Origin: an uncultured Candidatus Saccharibacteria bacterium
GTDB taxonomy: Bacteria > Patescibacteriota > Saccharimonadia > Saccharimonadales > CAZVRA01
Direction: 5' to 3'
DNA: 64,000 bases
NCBI GenBank assembly: GCA_964630055.1
Contig: CAZVRA010000001.1
Coordinates: forward strand, 27,569 to 91,568
A program made the translations under genes and the position numbers. Below are positions 18,628-27,312 of the stretch, piece by piece (position 1 is the first letter of the stretch; each line of letters opens with the position of its first letter). The notes beneath the pieces were generated by a model, which searched no databases, was not told the origin of the DNA, and was given only the letters and a program-made list of their open reading frames with translations.

Positions 18628-19575
18628 CTAAAAATGGTTTTTCTCGTTAAATAGAGACGATACAGAATTATTTAGGTTCATGGCTTTTATAGCGTCTGCT
18701 ACGATTTTACCAATCGGTACTATATCTAGCTTATCAATCAACCCTTTGGGGGCAGGCAAAGTATCGGTTACTATAACCTTGCTGATAGGCGATTTTTGAA
18801 TTCTATCCACGGCCGGCTCGGAAAAAAGTCCATGAGTCGTTACGACCCAGACGTCTCTGGCGCCATTTTTTATAAGCAGCTCTGCTGCTGCGCATATGGT
18901 GCCAGCCGTGTCTATCATGTCATCATTAATTAGACAGTGCTTGTCTCTAACTTCACCAATTAAATGTACCGCTTCTGCTTTATCTCCTATTTTCCTATTC
19001 TTATGAATTATTGCCATGTCCGACCCTAGCTGCTCACAATATCGTTCGGTGAGCTTCACTCTACCTGCATCTGGGGATACTATAACTAGGTCTTCCATTT
19101 CTTCTGAGATAAGCTTGCGTAAGCGCCTTATTAGTACGGGCATGGCTATAAGATGGTCGAATGGGCCATTAAAAAAACCTTGGGTTTGGCCAGAATGCAT
19201 GTCTATGCTTACAATTCTATCGGCTCCAGCAGCGGCCAGAATATCTGTCACAAGCCGTGCCGTTATTGGTTCACGATCTTTGCTTTTTCGATCTTGCCTG
19301 GAGTATCCAAGATACGGGCAGACCGCAGTTATGCTGCGAGCCGAAGCGCGTTTCGCTGCATCAATCAATATCGCCTGCTCCATAATCGCTCCATTAACAT
19401 CGCCAAAATGAGTTTGGAATACAAAAACATTGGATCCTCTTACGGAGCTACCTAGGCGGAATTTTACTTCACTGTTAGCAAATTTCTGAAAATTAGAGTC
19501 ACTGATCTGGACACCAAGATGGTTTGCAACAGTCTTAGTAAAATCTTGGTTGTGGCTTCCGCAAAGTATTATCAT
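18628..19575 (-). CDS. prs: Ribose-phosphate pyrophosphokinase (PRPP synthase)
   Basis: DMHSGQTQGFF and the PRPP-binding loop INDDMIDTAGT. Strong SD GGAGG upstream. Confidence 0.9.
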   Translation of the reverse strand: MIILCGSHNQDFTKTVANHLGVQISDSNFQKFANSEVKFRLGSSVRGSNVFVFQTHFGDVNGAIMEQAILIDAAKRASARSITAVCPYLGYSRQDRKSKDREPITARLVTDILAAAGADRIVSIDMHSGQTQGFFNGPFDHLIAMPVLIRRLRKLISEEMEDLVIVSPDAGRVKLTERYCEQLGSDMAIIHKNRKIGDKAEAVHLIGEVRDKHCLINDDMIDTAGTICAAAELLIKNGARDVWVVTTHGLFSEPAVDRIQKSPISKVIVTDTLPAPKGLIDKLDIVPIGKIVADAIKAMNLNNSVSSLFNEKNHF

Positions 19576-19584
19576 AAGTCCTCC

Positions 19585-19713
19585 TCACAATTTATTAATA
19601 TTTGTTAATTCTTTGTACATGTCTTTATACCAGTATCTTTTTTCTGCGGTTAGGTACTTTGCATAATAAAGATATGTAAATAAACATACTAGAACTAGAA
19701 AAACCATGCCCAT
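19585..19713 (-). CDS. Possible 42-aa single-TM peptide (not in ORF track)
   Basis: Translates to MGMVFLVLVCLFTYLYYAKYLTAEKRYWYKDMYKELTNINKL. It fills the gap between the GT-C gene and prs, and its stop abuts the prs SD. It has no SD of its own. Confidence 0.25.
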   Translation of the reverse strand: MGMVFLVLVCLFTYLYYAKYLTAEKRYWYKDMYKELTNINKL

Positions 19714-19723
19714 AGTTAATGTG

Positions 19724-21613
19724 TTATTTGATTTTATAGATTTCATAAGACTCATCTCTATATATTAAACGTAAACTGCTTTTTCGCGCCAGTTTATTTT
19801 CTGGACTATCTATAAAAGTGAAAACGTATTTTACATTCTGTTTTTCTAAGGACTCCATCCATCCTAACTCATTGTCGCCCACTGGAACATATACGACCTT
19901 ATTGCTGTAGTCTGGTTTCCAAAGAGGGTATATAAAATATGGCTTTGAATCGTAGGCAATAACATCGCCATTACTTGCTTCTTCTTGCATAAAAACAAAG
20001 GCTCTCCCAGGTATAGAATCGTAGATAGAGCCACGGGTCGATCCGTGCCTTAAGCTGTCTAACTGTGATCTAATCCGCTCTGTAGAGAAGTAGCACATGG
20101 TTAAGTTTGTGAGCATAACTAGCAGTATAAGGATTATTGATATGATCTTTACTATGTTCGCTATTATTGGCTTTATGTTATTAAGCACTAGCCCAAGACT
20201 AAGAATGCCTATTAGTGGCAAGAACAATACATAACGACTATAAAAATTAAATGGATAGGCTGCAAAAACTACTAAGCATGCCGCAGATATTGCTAAGAAT
20301 AGCCAGTTTTTTTGTTTTATGGCTATATAAATTGCCACAATAAATGCAGGGAGCATGGTTATAAACCAGATTGGCCCGAGGCCGGCGTAAGGGGAGTCGT
20401 ATATGTAAAGACATTTCGCCCAGTTTGTTTGCTCTGTCCAGCTAAACCATATCCTCTCTAAACATGTTTTAGGCATTTTTTCTAAACCATACATATAATT
20501 AGAAAGATATTCCTCGTATGTTTTTCCGGGAAATATAGGCTTACCTAGAGCTTTAAGCCCAAAAGGGTAAAAAGGACTTTTATATAAAATATAGTTTTTT
20601 GCATACCAATAAAGTCCAAATGGCATTGCAGCAGCTGCGATTAAGATAGGCCTTAGATATTTTCTAAAATTTAGCCGACTCTTCTTTGGCAGGTTGATAT
20701 AAATGTTCCAGATCAGGAACAGCAAGATTGCGACAATAAAGAGCGAACCGGTAGACTTTATAGATATCAATAATGAAAATATTATACCGATAACAAATAA
20801 ATCAAAATTCGCTAGCTTTTCTTTAACACTCAAATAGAGGGCGCCAAAAAATAAAGAGCAAAGCATTACATCAACATAGGTTGTCTTGAGTTGATTTATT
20901 AGTACGGGAGTGAATAAGAACATTAGGGATGTAAAGCGAGCATTTTTTTTGCTAACTCCAATAGAAAGAGATAAATTGTATAACGCAACTACTGCTAACA
21001 ATAGAAATGGAAGCTGTGTTAAGTCTACGAGAATATCATTTCTGATTCCTAGTACGCTCCACATCTGTATGAATTCACCACCTTTAGGGTAGCCAATCAA
21101 CCAGGGTATGCTACTAGGAGAATCAAATATATGCTTGTTCTGTATAGCGTTGCCAATATAGGTCATGTGATACGCGTTGCCATCCCAATCTACCACCGGA
21201 AATATAACTCCTAAAAATATTATCCAAGCCAACGTCACTATAGATAGGAATGCGACAATGGAGAATAATGGATCATTTTTGATAGCCATGACCCAGTTTT
21301 TTAGTCTAATGTGCTTCTTGTAATCTAATATATAGTTAATTATTATTTTTTTACCGTTGCGCCAAAAGGTATAACTCAGAAGTACAGAGCACAAAAGAAT
21401 GTTCATTATAAATAAGTTTTTACGAGTAAGATTTTTTGTTACTCCTAATAGAAACTCAGAACTAACGATTTGCGCCAAAAAGAGCACAAACGTAGATACA
21501 AATCTGCGTGATCCCTTGTACTTTTTTGAATAAACCAATAAATCTAGAGACACCAAAATGAGCATATTCAATAATACCCATAATAAAAGGGCCGACAGAT
21601 TTAGGTTATTCAT
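19724..21613 (-). CDS. Polytopic GT-C-like (ArnT/PMT/GT39-83-like) glycosyltransferase
   Basis: More than 12 TM helices with the large loops typical of lipid-phosphate-sugar-dependent GT-C enzymes. I chose the start at MNNLNLSALLL (21613). The track start at 21703 would overlap the divergent gene. Confidence 0.55.
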   Translation of the reverse strand: MNNLNLSALLLWVLLNMLILVSLDLLVYSKKYKGSRRFVSTFVLFLAQIVSSEFLLGVTKNLTRKNLFIMNILLCSVLLSYTFWRNGKKIIINYILDYKKHIRLKNWVMAIKNDPLFSIVAFLSIVTLAWIIFLGVIFPVVDWDGNAYHMTYIGNAIQNKHIFDSPSSIPWLIGYPKGGEFIQMWSVLGIRNDILVDLTQLPFLLLAVVALYNLSLSIGVSKKNARFTSLMFLFTPVLINQLKTTYVDVMLCSLFFGALYLSVKEKLANFDLFVIGIIFSLLISIKSTGSLFIVAILLFLIWNIYINLPKKSRLNFRKYLRPILIAAAAMPFGLYWYAKNYILYKSPFYPFGLKALGKPIFPGKTYEEYLSNYMYGLEKMPKTCLERIWFSWTEQTNWAKCLYIYDSPYAGLGPIWFITMLPAFIVAIYIAIKQKNWLFLAISAACLVVFAAYPFNFYSRYVLFLPLIGILSLGLVLNNIKPIIANIVKIISIILILLVMLTNLTMCYFSTERIRSQLDSLRHGSTRGSIYDSIPGRAFVFMQEEASNGDVIAYDSKPYFIYPLWKPDYSNKVVYVPVGDNELGWMESLEKQNVKYVFTFIDSPENKLARKSSLRLIYRDESYEIYKIK

Positions 21614-21620
21614 ACAATTG

Positions 21621-21629
21621 ATTGTAGCA
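21621..21629 (-). promoter_or_regulatory. Extended -10 box (TGcTACAAT), 7 nt upstream of ATG 21613; leaderless-type
   Basis: The minus strand reads cTGcTACAAT-caattgt-ATG. Confidence 0.45.
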
Positions 21630-21634
21630 GACAC

Positions 21635-21643
21635 TGTTATAAT
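21635..21643 (+). promoter_or_regulatory. Extended -10 box (TGtTATAAT), 9 nt upstream of ATG 21653; leaderless-type
   Basis: Reads cTGtTATAAT-aatgcgtaa-ATG. The whole divergent intergenic region is only 39 bp. Confidence 0.45.
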
Positions 21644-21652
21644 AATGCGTAA

Positions 21653-23260
21653 ATGAAACGAAGATTTGTTAATTTTCTTAAAAACACAGATTGCTCGGAG
21701 CAACAGTACCTAAAAAGAGCTTTGCTATTTAATTTTTTGATTATCCTATTTGTTGGAGCGCTCCTGGCTTGGGTTTACGCAGAGCAAATCAACCCCGACG
21801 GCATCGCTTATTTAAAAATTGCCAGCCGATATGCCAATTTAGATATCGCAAGAGCCATTAATGGTTATTGGTCGCCTTTATTATCGTTACTATTAGTGCC
21901 GTTCATTTGGGTTGGTATAGAGCCAATCCATGCTTATAGAATAATCGTTGTTATAGTTGTCCTGGTTATAACTTCAAACATGTTGCTAATGATAAACAAT
22001 AGAGTTGGTTTGAAGCAAAGCTTTTGGGCTAAATTAACTGTCAGCATCAGTATTGGGTTAATAATGCTGGTTTGGGGTGTACAGGTTATTACGCCAGATA
22101 TTTTGAGTGGAGCCATACTGCTATTTTCTATAGAAATGGCTCAGAAATTCTACAACAAACCAGATTTCAAGAACGGTCTACTTAGCGGTAGTCTCTTTGC
22201 TTTAGTTTATTTAAGTAAAGCAGCGGCCATATCGGTGGCTTTGGTTTGTTTGACGGTTGTCATAGTATTTTTATTACTCAGTAAGTATGCCCGAGACAAT
22301 AATCTAAAAAAATACGCAGCAATCTTACTGCTAGCTTTCACTAGTATTGTGCTATCATGGTCGGCTCTTATTTCTTATAAATACCACAAGGTAACAATAA
22401 GTACTGCGGGATCTTATAACTTGGCTTTAGCTGGCCCAGACAAACCTTCGCACCCTCATTCTAGGTACGACACTATTTTGCCATCTAAGTACAATGATGA
22501 TATCTGGGCCTGGGACGACCCGAGTGTTATGCCGCCCCTACCAACCTGGAGTATTATGCGCCATAAGGAATTCTACTTACGGCAGATTATCAATAACCTA
22601 AATACTGCTTTAATCGATTTTTCTACTTTATCCCCTCTTCTTATTGGTGCAGTGATTATTTTAATTTTAAAAAAACAACGTGCTTTAGCCGATAATATGA
22701 CACTCTTTGCCGCAATTGGCTGCATTTTAGCCTATTCACTTGTTTTTATAGAACCTAGATATTTATGGCTAGCAGCTTTACCCCTAATGTTTTATGGCTG
22801 GACCGCTTTATTTGATAAACAACATGGCCGCACAACAATTAATGTCATGGCCATCTTTGTGTCAGCGGTTTCTTTGCTCAATTTGTTTCCGATATACCAG
22901 GACGCTACAAAAATTAAATATGTTTTTTCTAGTAATTCAACGTTAGCTAGGTCAATGGCTGCTACTGTGCCGGCAGGATCAAGGGTTGCCGGTCCGCAAG
23001 AGCGTTTTGAATATTGTTACTTTGCAAAATGGAACTGCATTAGTCAATATGTTCTGGCTAATGATGAAAGAGTGCGTATTGAGCAGATAGACCACCTCAG
23101 AAGCTCTGGAATAAAATATTATTTCGAAGCCGAAGCGCCTAAAGAGTTAGGTTTAAAACTGATTAAGAACAGTGTAGCCGCTGATAAGAAATGTCACAAT
23201 TGGACCAATGATCTAGAAGAAAGTTGTCCGCTGCGGCAACTTTCGATGTACGAGCTTTAG
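21653..23260 (+). CDS. Polytopic GT-C-like glycosyltransferase
   Basis: About 11 TM helices plus a C-terminal soluble domain. Overall architecture resembles ArnT/PMT-type enzymes. It is divergent from a second GT-C-like gene. Confidence 0.55.
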   Translation: MKRRFVNFLKNTDCSEQQYLKRALLFNFLIILFVGALLAWVYAEQINPDGIAYLKIASRYANLDIARAINGYWSPLLSLLLVPFIWVGIEPIHAYRIIVVIVVLVITSNMLLMINNRVGLKQSFWAKLTVSISIGLIMLVWGVQVITPDILSGAILLFSIEMAQKFYNKPDFKNGLLSGSLFALVYLSKAAAISVALVCLTVVIVFLLLSKYARDNNLKKYAAILLLAFTSIVLSWSALISYKYHKVTISTAGSYNLALAGPDKPSHPHSRYDTILPSKYNDDIWAWDDPSVMPPLPTWSIMRHKEFYLRQIINNLNTALIDFSTLSPLLIGAVIILILKKQRALADNMTLFAAIGCILAYSLVFIEPRYLWLAALPLMFYGWTALFDKQHGRTTINVMAIFVSAVSLLNLFPIYQDATKIKYVFSSNSTLARSMAATVPAGSRVAGPQERFEYCYFAKWNCISQYVLANDERVRIEQIDHLRSSGIKYYFEAEAPKELGLKLIKNSVAADKKCHNWTNDLEESCPLRQLSMYEL

Positions 23261-23262
23261 CA

Positions 23263-24690
23263 CTATTTCTCCTGCAGACCGGTCTCTGTAATAATAGACG
23301 ATTCTTGGTACTCGTCATCGCTATTTATGTCCCATAAGTCGTGCTTAGCATTGTCGGCAATATTCTCTGCCGCAAGCATGCCCATCAGTATACTGTGGTC
23401 CTGGTTGTTGTATTTGAATGCGCCGTAGCGGCCGATGATTTCTAGTTTTTTGTAGTCACGTAAAAAATCTTCAACTAGCTTGAGCTGAGGTTTGTATCCT
23501 TGACCATATACAGGGTAACACTTGGGCACTCGAATGACTTTACCTTCCTGTATTTGCTCTGGCTTAACCAAGCCAGTCATGGCTAACTCTTTTTTTGCCA
23601 GCTCAATATGTTGGTCGTCTTTCCAGCTCCAAAAGTCGTCTTCATCAAAACTCCAATATTCCATGGCGATGATGGCTTCTTTTTGACCCCTGTTGATCGA
23701 TGGTACCCAGTTTTGGAAGTTAGTAATTCGACCAGTGCGCAGCTCAGTGCTATGCACATAAATCCAGTTGTCTGGGAAGATATTCTTGGCCCTGACCTTT
23801 AAGTAAACAATGAGTGTATTACGAAACTTTAATGATTGGTTGGCTTTTGCGACTTTTGCTGGCACGTTGCTAAGACGGCCAACCAGAACGGTTAATGGCA
23901 TGGATGACACCACATGATCATAATCTATCTTTTTGCCGCTTTCTAACTGCACGCCAGTAACTGCCTTGCCGCGAGTTATTAGTTGTTCTACGGGTGTCTT
24001 TAGGTAAACCTTGCCACCATTTTTAGCAATGTACTTCCTCATTCTCTCATAAACTTCACCGGTACCCTTGTTGGGATAGGCAAACTGATCGACTAGTGTT
24101 TTGTGCTTCTCGCCACCGCCACCAAAGATAGCGCTTTTTATAGCTTCCGATAGCGAAAGTTTCTTGATGCGTTGTGAGGCAAACTCTGAATCTAATTTAT
24201 TACCAGGTATACCCCACAGTTTTTCGGTATATGTTTTAAAAAAGTGCCCATATAAGCGCTTACCAAAACGAGCGGTTACCCATGACTCAAACGTATTTCC
24301 CAATTGCGTGCCACCGGGTTTTACACGCTGCCAGCCGTAGCTTGCGACACAACTAATAGCTTCAAAAATACCCAAGTTGCCAAGGGCATTGCCGGCCTTA
24401 ATTGGGTAGTAATAGAACTTATTTCGGAAAAAAATTCGGGTTAACCGGTCGACCATAGCATAGTCTTTACCGATAACTTCTAGCCAAAGCTTATTGACTC
24501 GCGTATCGTTGCTAAAAAACCGGTGCGGCCCAATATCTACTATTTGCCCCCATAGGTCAAAAGAGCGTGCCATACCACCAACATAAGGTGAGGCTTCATA
24601 CAGGTCTACACTTACACCCTTTTTAGTAAGCTCATAAGCAGCGGTAATTCCCGCCGGCCCAGCTCCAATAACGGCAACTTTTTTATTCAT
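23263..24690 (-). CDS. FAD-dependent, UDP-galactopyranose-mutase-like (Glf-related) flavoenzyme
   Basis: Rossmann motif KVAVIGAGPAGITAAYEL. YTEKLWG resembles the YTEKQWG of E. coli Glf as I remember it. C-terminal IGRYGAFKYNNQDHSI resembles Glf GRLAEYKYYDMHQVI. Start chosen at MNKKVAV (24690). Confidence 0.65.
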   Translation of the reverse strand: MNKKVAVIGAGPAGITAAYELTKKGVSVDLYEASPYVGGMARSFDLWGQIVDIGPHRFFSNDTRVNKLWLEVIGKDYAMVDRLTRIFFRNKFYYYPIKAGNALGNLGIFEAISCVASYGWQRVKPGGTQLGNTFESWVTARFGKRLYGHFFKTYTEKLWGIPGNKLDSEFASQRIKKLSLSEAIKSAIFGGGGEKHKTLVDQFAYPNKGTGEVYERMRKYIAKNGGKVYLKTPVEQLITRGKAVTGVQLESGKKIDYDHVVSSMPLTVLVGRLSNVPAKVAKANQSLKFRNTLIVYLKVRAKNIFPDNWIYVHSTELRTGRITNFQNWVPSINRGQKEAIIAMEYWSFDEDDFWSWKDDQHIELAKKELAMTGLVKPEQIQEGKVIRVPKCYPVYGQGYKPQLKLVEDFLRDYKKLEIIGRYGAFKYNNQDHSILMGMLAAENIADNAKHDLWDINSDDEYQESSIITETGLQEK

Positions 24691-24700
24691 CTTCAGCAGG

Positions 24701-24709
24701 ATTGTAGCA
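24701..24709 (-). promoter_or_regulatory. Extended -10 box (TGcTACAAT), 10 nt upstream of ATG 24690
   Basis: The minus strand reads gTGcTACAAT-cctgctgaag-ATG. Confidence 0.4.
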
Positions 24710-24771
24710 CAGTTTTTGTCACAACAACTAGTTTCGTTGTATAAAGGACGTAGTTTATAATATAGAAGGTA

Positions 24772-25638
24772 ATGATAAGTGAAAAAGTTATTTTGCTTGC
24801 AAAAGCAATGCGTCCCAAGCACTACCTTAAGAATGGTTTGATCTTTTTGCCTGCTGTTTTCGGAGGTAATTTATTACATATGGCAACGTTAAGAATTTTG
24901 CTATTTTCGTTCGTTGCTTTTTCACTCGCTGCCTCATCAATATATATTTTTAACGATCTTAATGACCGTCAACTTGATTCCAAGCATCCTAAGAAAAAAA
25001 TTAGACCCATTGCTTCTGGCGCCATTAGCATGTGGCAGTCTCGAGTGCTGATGATTTCTTTGCTCCTGGCTGCTATACTGTTACAAGCATGGTCTGGCTC
25101 AATAGTTCTTAGTATCTATCTATTGGTTGGCTATGTGTTAATTAACGCATGTTATAGTTTAGGACTAAAAAATATACCCATAATCGATGTAGCAATATTA
25201 TCGCTAGGTTTTGTTATAAGAGTTTATTTTGGTGCTGTCAGCGTAAATATTGGCGTATCCACCTGGCTTTATTTATCAATTTTAGCTTTCTCATTCTATT
25301 TAAGTTTAGGTAAGCGCCGAAATGAAATTGCGGCTGTTGGCTCAACCACTCGCAAAGTTAATAGCCACTATACACAAGATTTTCTGGATAAAAATATGTA
25401 CGTGTGTCTGGCCCTCACATTAGTATATTATTCTCTCTGGACTATAGATCCAGTTCAGAGCCACAAAAGTCTCAAGCTTACTGTGCCATTGGTTCTTTTG
25501 ATTACAATGACTTACAGCTTAACCATAGAAAAAAGTCGTGCCGATGGTGATCCGGTGGAGGTTTTAACCAATAACAAGCTGTTACTTAGCATGGTTGTAG
25601 TCTATGTAGCGATGGTTATAGGACTAATCTATTTTTAG
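24772..25638 (+). CDS. UbiA-superfamily polyprenyl-phosphate 5-phosphoribosyltransferase (Rv3806c/DPPR-synthase-like)
   Basis: Eight to nine TM helices. FNDLNDRQLDSKHPKKKIRPIASG matches the NDxxDxxxD...HPxK.RPiA.G signature I associate with decaprenyl-phosphate phosphoribosyltransferases rather than MenA/UbiA/CyoE. Confidence 0.7.
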   Translation: MISEKVILLAKAMRPKHYLKNGLIFLPAVFGGNLLHMATLRILLFSFVAFSLAASSIYIFNDLNDRQLDSKHPKKKIRPIASGAISMWQSRVLMISLLLAAILLQAWSGSIVLSIYLLVGYVLINACYSLGLKNIPIIDVAILSLGFVIRVYFGAVSVNIGVSTWLYLSILAFSFYLSLGKRRNEIAAVGSTTRKVNSHYTQDFLDKNMYVCLALTLVYYSLWTIDPVQSHKSLKLTVPLVLLITMTYSLTIEKSRADGDPVEVLTNNKLLLSMVVVYVAMVIGLIYF

Positions 25639-25648
25639 AGGCTGATTT

Positions 25649-26218
25649 ATGGCAAAACCCCTTAATATTTTTGACTTTGATCATACTATATATGACGGTG
25701 ATTGTACTCTAGACTTTTATTTTTTTTGTCTTATCCGACAACCTTCAATATTGAAGGTTTGGCCCAAGCAGTTTTGGGCAGCATTTTTATTTCTACTTGG
25801 TATAAAAACAAGAGACGAATTCAAAAGTACTTTTTTAATTTTTGTTTCAGTACTTAAAAATCCAATGTTGAGGGTGAAGCAATTTTGGCAACACAATAGT
25901 AGAAAAATCAAACCATGGTACAAAAAAGTTGCATCTTCCGAGGACGTCATTATATCTGCTTCTCCTAATTTGATACTGGAACCAATCGCCAAAGAGTTGG
26001 GGGTAAAGGCTTTGATCAGCACAAAAATTGACGAAAAGGGCAGAATAGTTGGTCATAACTGCCGTGGCCAAGAGAAAGTTACTCGTTTCTATCAAGTTTT
26101 TGGAAACCACGCAGTGGGTAGAGCCTACAGTGACAGTAAGTCGGACATGCCGATGCTAAATCTAGCAGACCATGCTTTTATTGTAAGGGGCAACACTACT
26201 ACGATGATAGAGCTATAA
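25649..26218 (+). CDS. HAD-superfamily (subfamily IB-like) phosphatase
   Basis: Motif I FDFDHTIYDG and motif IV YSDSKSDMPML. It lies 10 nt downstream of the UbiA-like gene. Confidence 0.7.
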   Translation: MAKPLNIFDFDHTIYDGDCTLDFYFFCLIRQPSILKVWPKQFWAAFLFLLGIKTRDEFKSTFLIFVSVLKNPMLRVKQFWQHNSRKIKPWYKKVASSEDVIISASPNLILEPIAKELGVKALISTKIDEKGRIVGHNCRGQEKVTRFYQVFGNHAVGRAYSDSKSDMPMLNLADHAFIVRGNTTTMIEL

Positions 26219-26298
26219 ACAAAAAATCACCCAAAAAAATTTTCAAAAATCATCGAGCATTACCCATTTTATAGCTGTGGAACTATATATTTTATTAT

Positions 26299-27312
26299 TT
26301 ATCCTTCATTAAGCGCTCTTTGCCAGCGCCAAGCGTCGGCTAGGGCGTCGGCTAGGCTTTTTCTGGCCTGCCAGCCAAGTGTCTTGGCGGCTTTGCTGGT
26401 GTCGGCGTAGGCGGTGGTGATGTCGCCGGAGCGCCTGGGGCCAATTGAGTATTTAACCTTTTCACCAGTGGCTTGCTCAAAAGTTTTGATTAGCTCCAAT
26501 ACGCTAGTGCCCTTGCCAGCGCCGATGTTAAAAACGTCACTAGTTCTGGCGGCCATTTTCGCGCAAAATTCTATGGCCGCTACGTGCGCCTTGGCGAGGT
26601 CCACGACATGAATGTAGTCGCGGATGCAGGTGCCGTCTGGCGTGGGGTAGTCGTCGCCAAAAACGGTTAGGGGTGGAATTAGCCCGGCCACGGATTGCGT
26701 CAAAAATGGCACCAAACAGTTAGGTCTGCCAAGTGGTAGTTCGCCCAAAAGCCCCGACGGATGGGCGCCAATTGGGTTAAAGTAGCGCAGCAGCACACTT
26801 TTAAAATCGGCAGCGGCGGTAAAATCGCGCAAGATTACCTCGTCCATTTGTTTGGTGGCACCGTACGGCGAAGCGGCTGGCTGCATGGGCGAGTTTTCGG
26901 TTAGCGGCTGCTGATCGGTGTCGCCATACACGGTGCAGGACGACGAAAATACAAAATTCTGGACTCCAAGGTCTTGGCAAGTTTGCAGCAGATCAATTAA
27001 ACCAGCAACATTATTTTGATAATATTTAAGCGGTTGCTCGACAGATTCGCCGACAGCCTTAAAAGCGGCAAAATGTATAATGCCATCAATCGATTCGTTT
27101 TTGATGACCTTTTTTAGCGCCTCGTTATCACGATAATCTTGCTGGTAAAAAGTTGGCTGCCGGCCGGTTATTTTTTCTATGCCGTCCAGGGACGACTGGC
27201 GGCTGTTGCTCAAATCGTCCAATATGACCGGGTTATAGCCGGCCGCAAGTAGTTCTACGGCGGTATGCGATCCGATGTAGCCGGCACCGCCGGTAACCAA
27301 AATGTTTTTCAT
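26299..27312 (-). CDS. galE: UDP-glucose 4-epimerase (extended SDR)
   Basis: ILVTGGAGYIGSH and the PYGATK catalytic YxxxK. The length and C-terminal region are typical of GalE. Confidence 0.85.
   Translation of the reverse strand: MKNILVTGGAGYIGSHTAVELLAAGYNPVILDDLSNSRQSSLDGIEKITGRQPTFYQQDYRDNEALKKVIKNESIDGIIHFAAFKAVGESVEQPLKYYQNNVAGLIDLLQTCQDLGVQNFVFSSSCTVYGDTDQQPLTENSPMQPAASPYGATKQMDEVILRDFTAAADFKSVLLRYFNPIGAHPSGLLGELPLGRPNCLVPFLTQSVAGLIPPLTVFGDDYPTPDGTCIRDYIHVVDLAKAHVAAIEFCAKMAARTSDVFNIGAGKGTSVLELIKTFEQATGEKVKYSIGPRRSGDITTAYADTSKAAKTLGWQARKSLADALADAWRWQRALNEG

Noticed and set aside
21614-21703. N-terminal extensions of ORF-track entries, with track starts at 3738, 9399, 21703, 24822, 30482, 32352, 37618, 50601 and 59051.
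   Set aside because: The extensions overlap neighbouring genes or promoters and often begin at TTG or GTG. An internal ATG fits gene spacing and a -10 box or SD, for example MNNLNLS at 21613 and MNKKVAVIGAG at 24690.
23263-24690. The FAD enzyme as the DprE1 epimerase component of a DPA pathway.
   Set aside because: It has an N-terminal Rossmann GxGxxG and Glf-like motifs. DprE1 is a VAO/PCMH-fold flavoprotein. I therefore call it Glf-like and record DprE1/DprE2 as not seen in this window.
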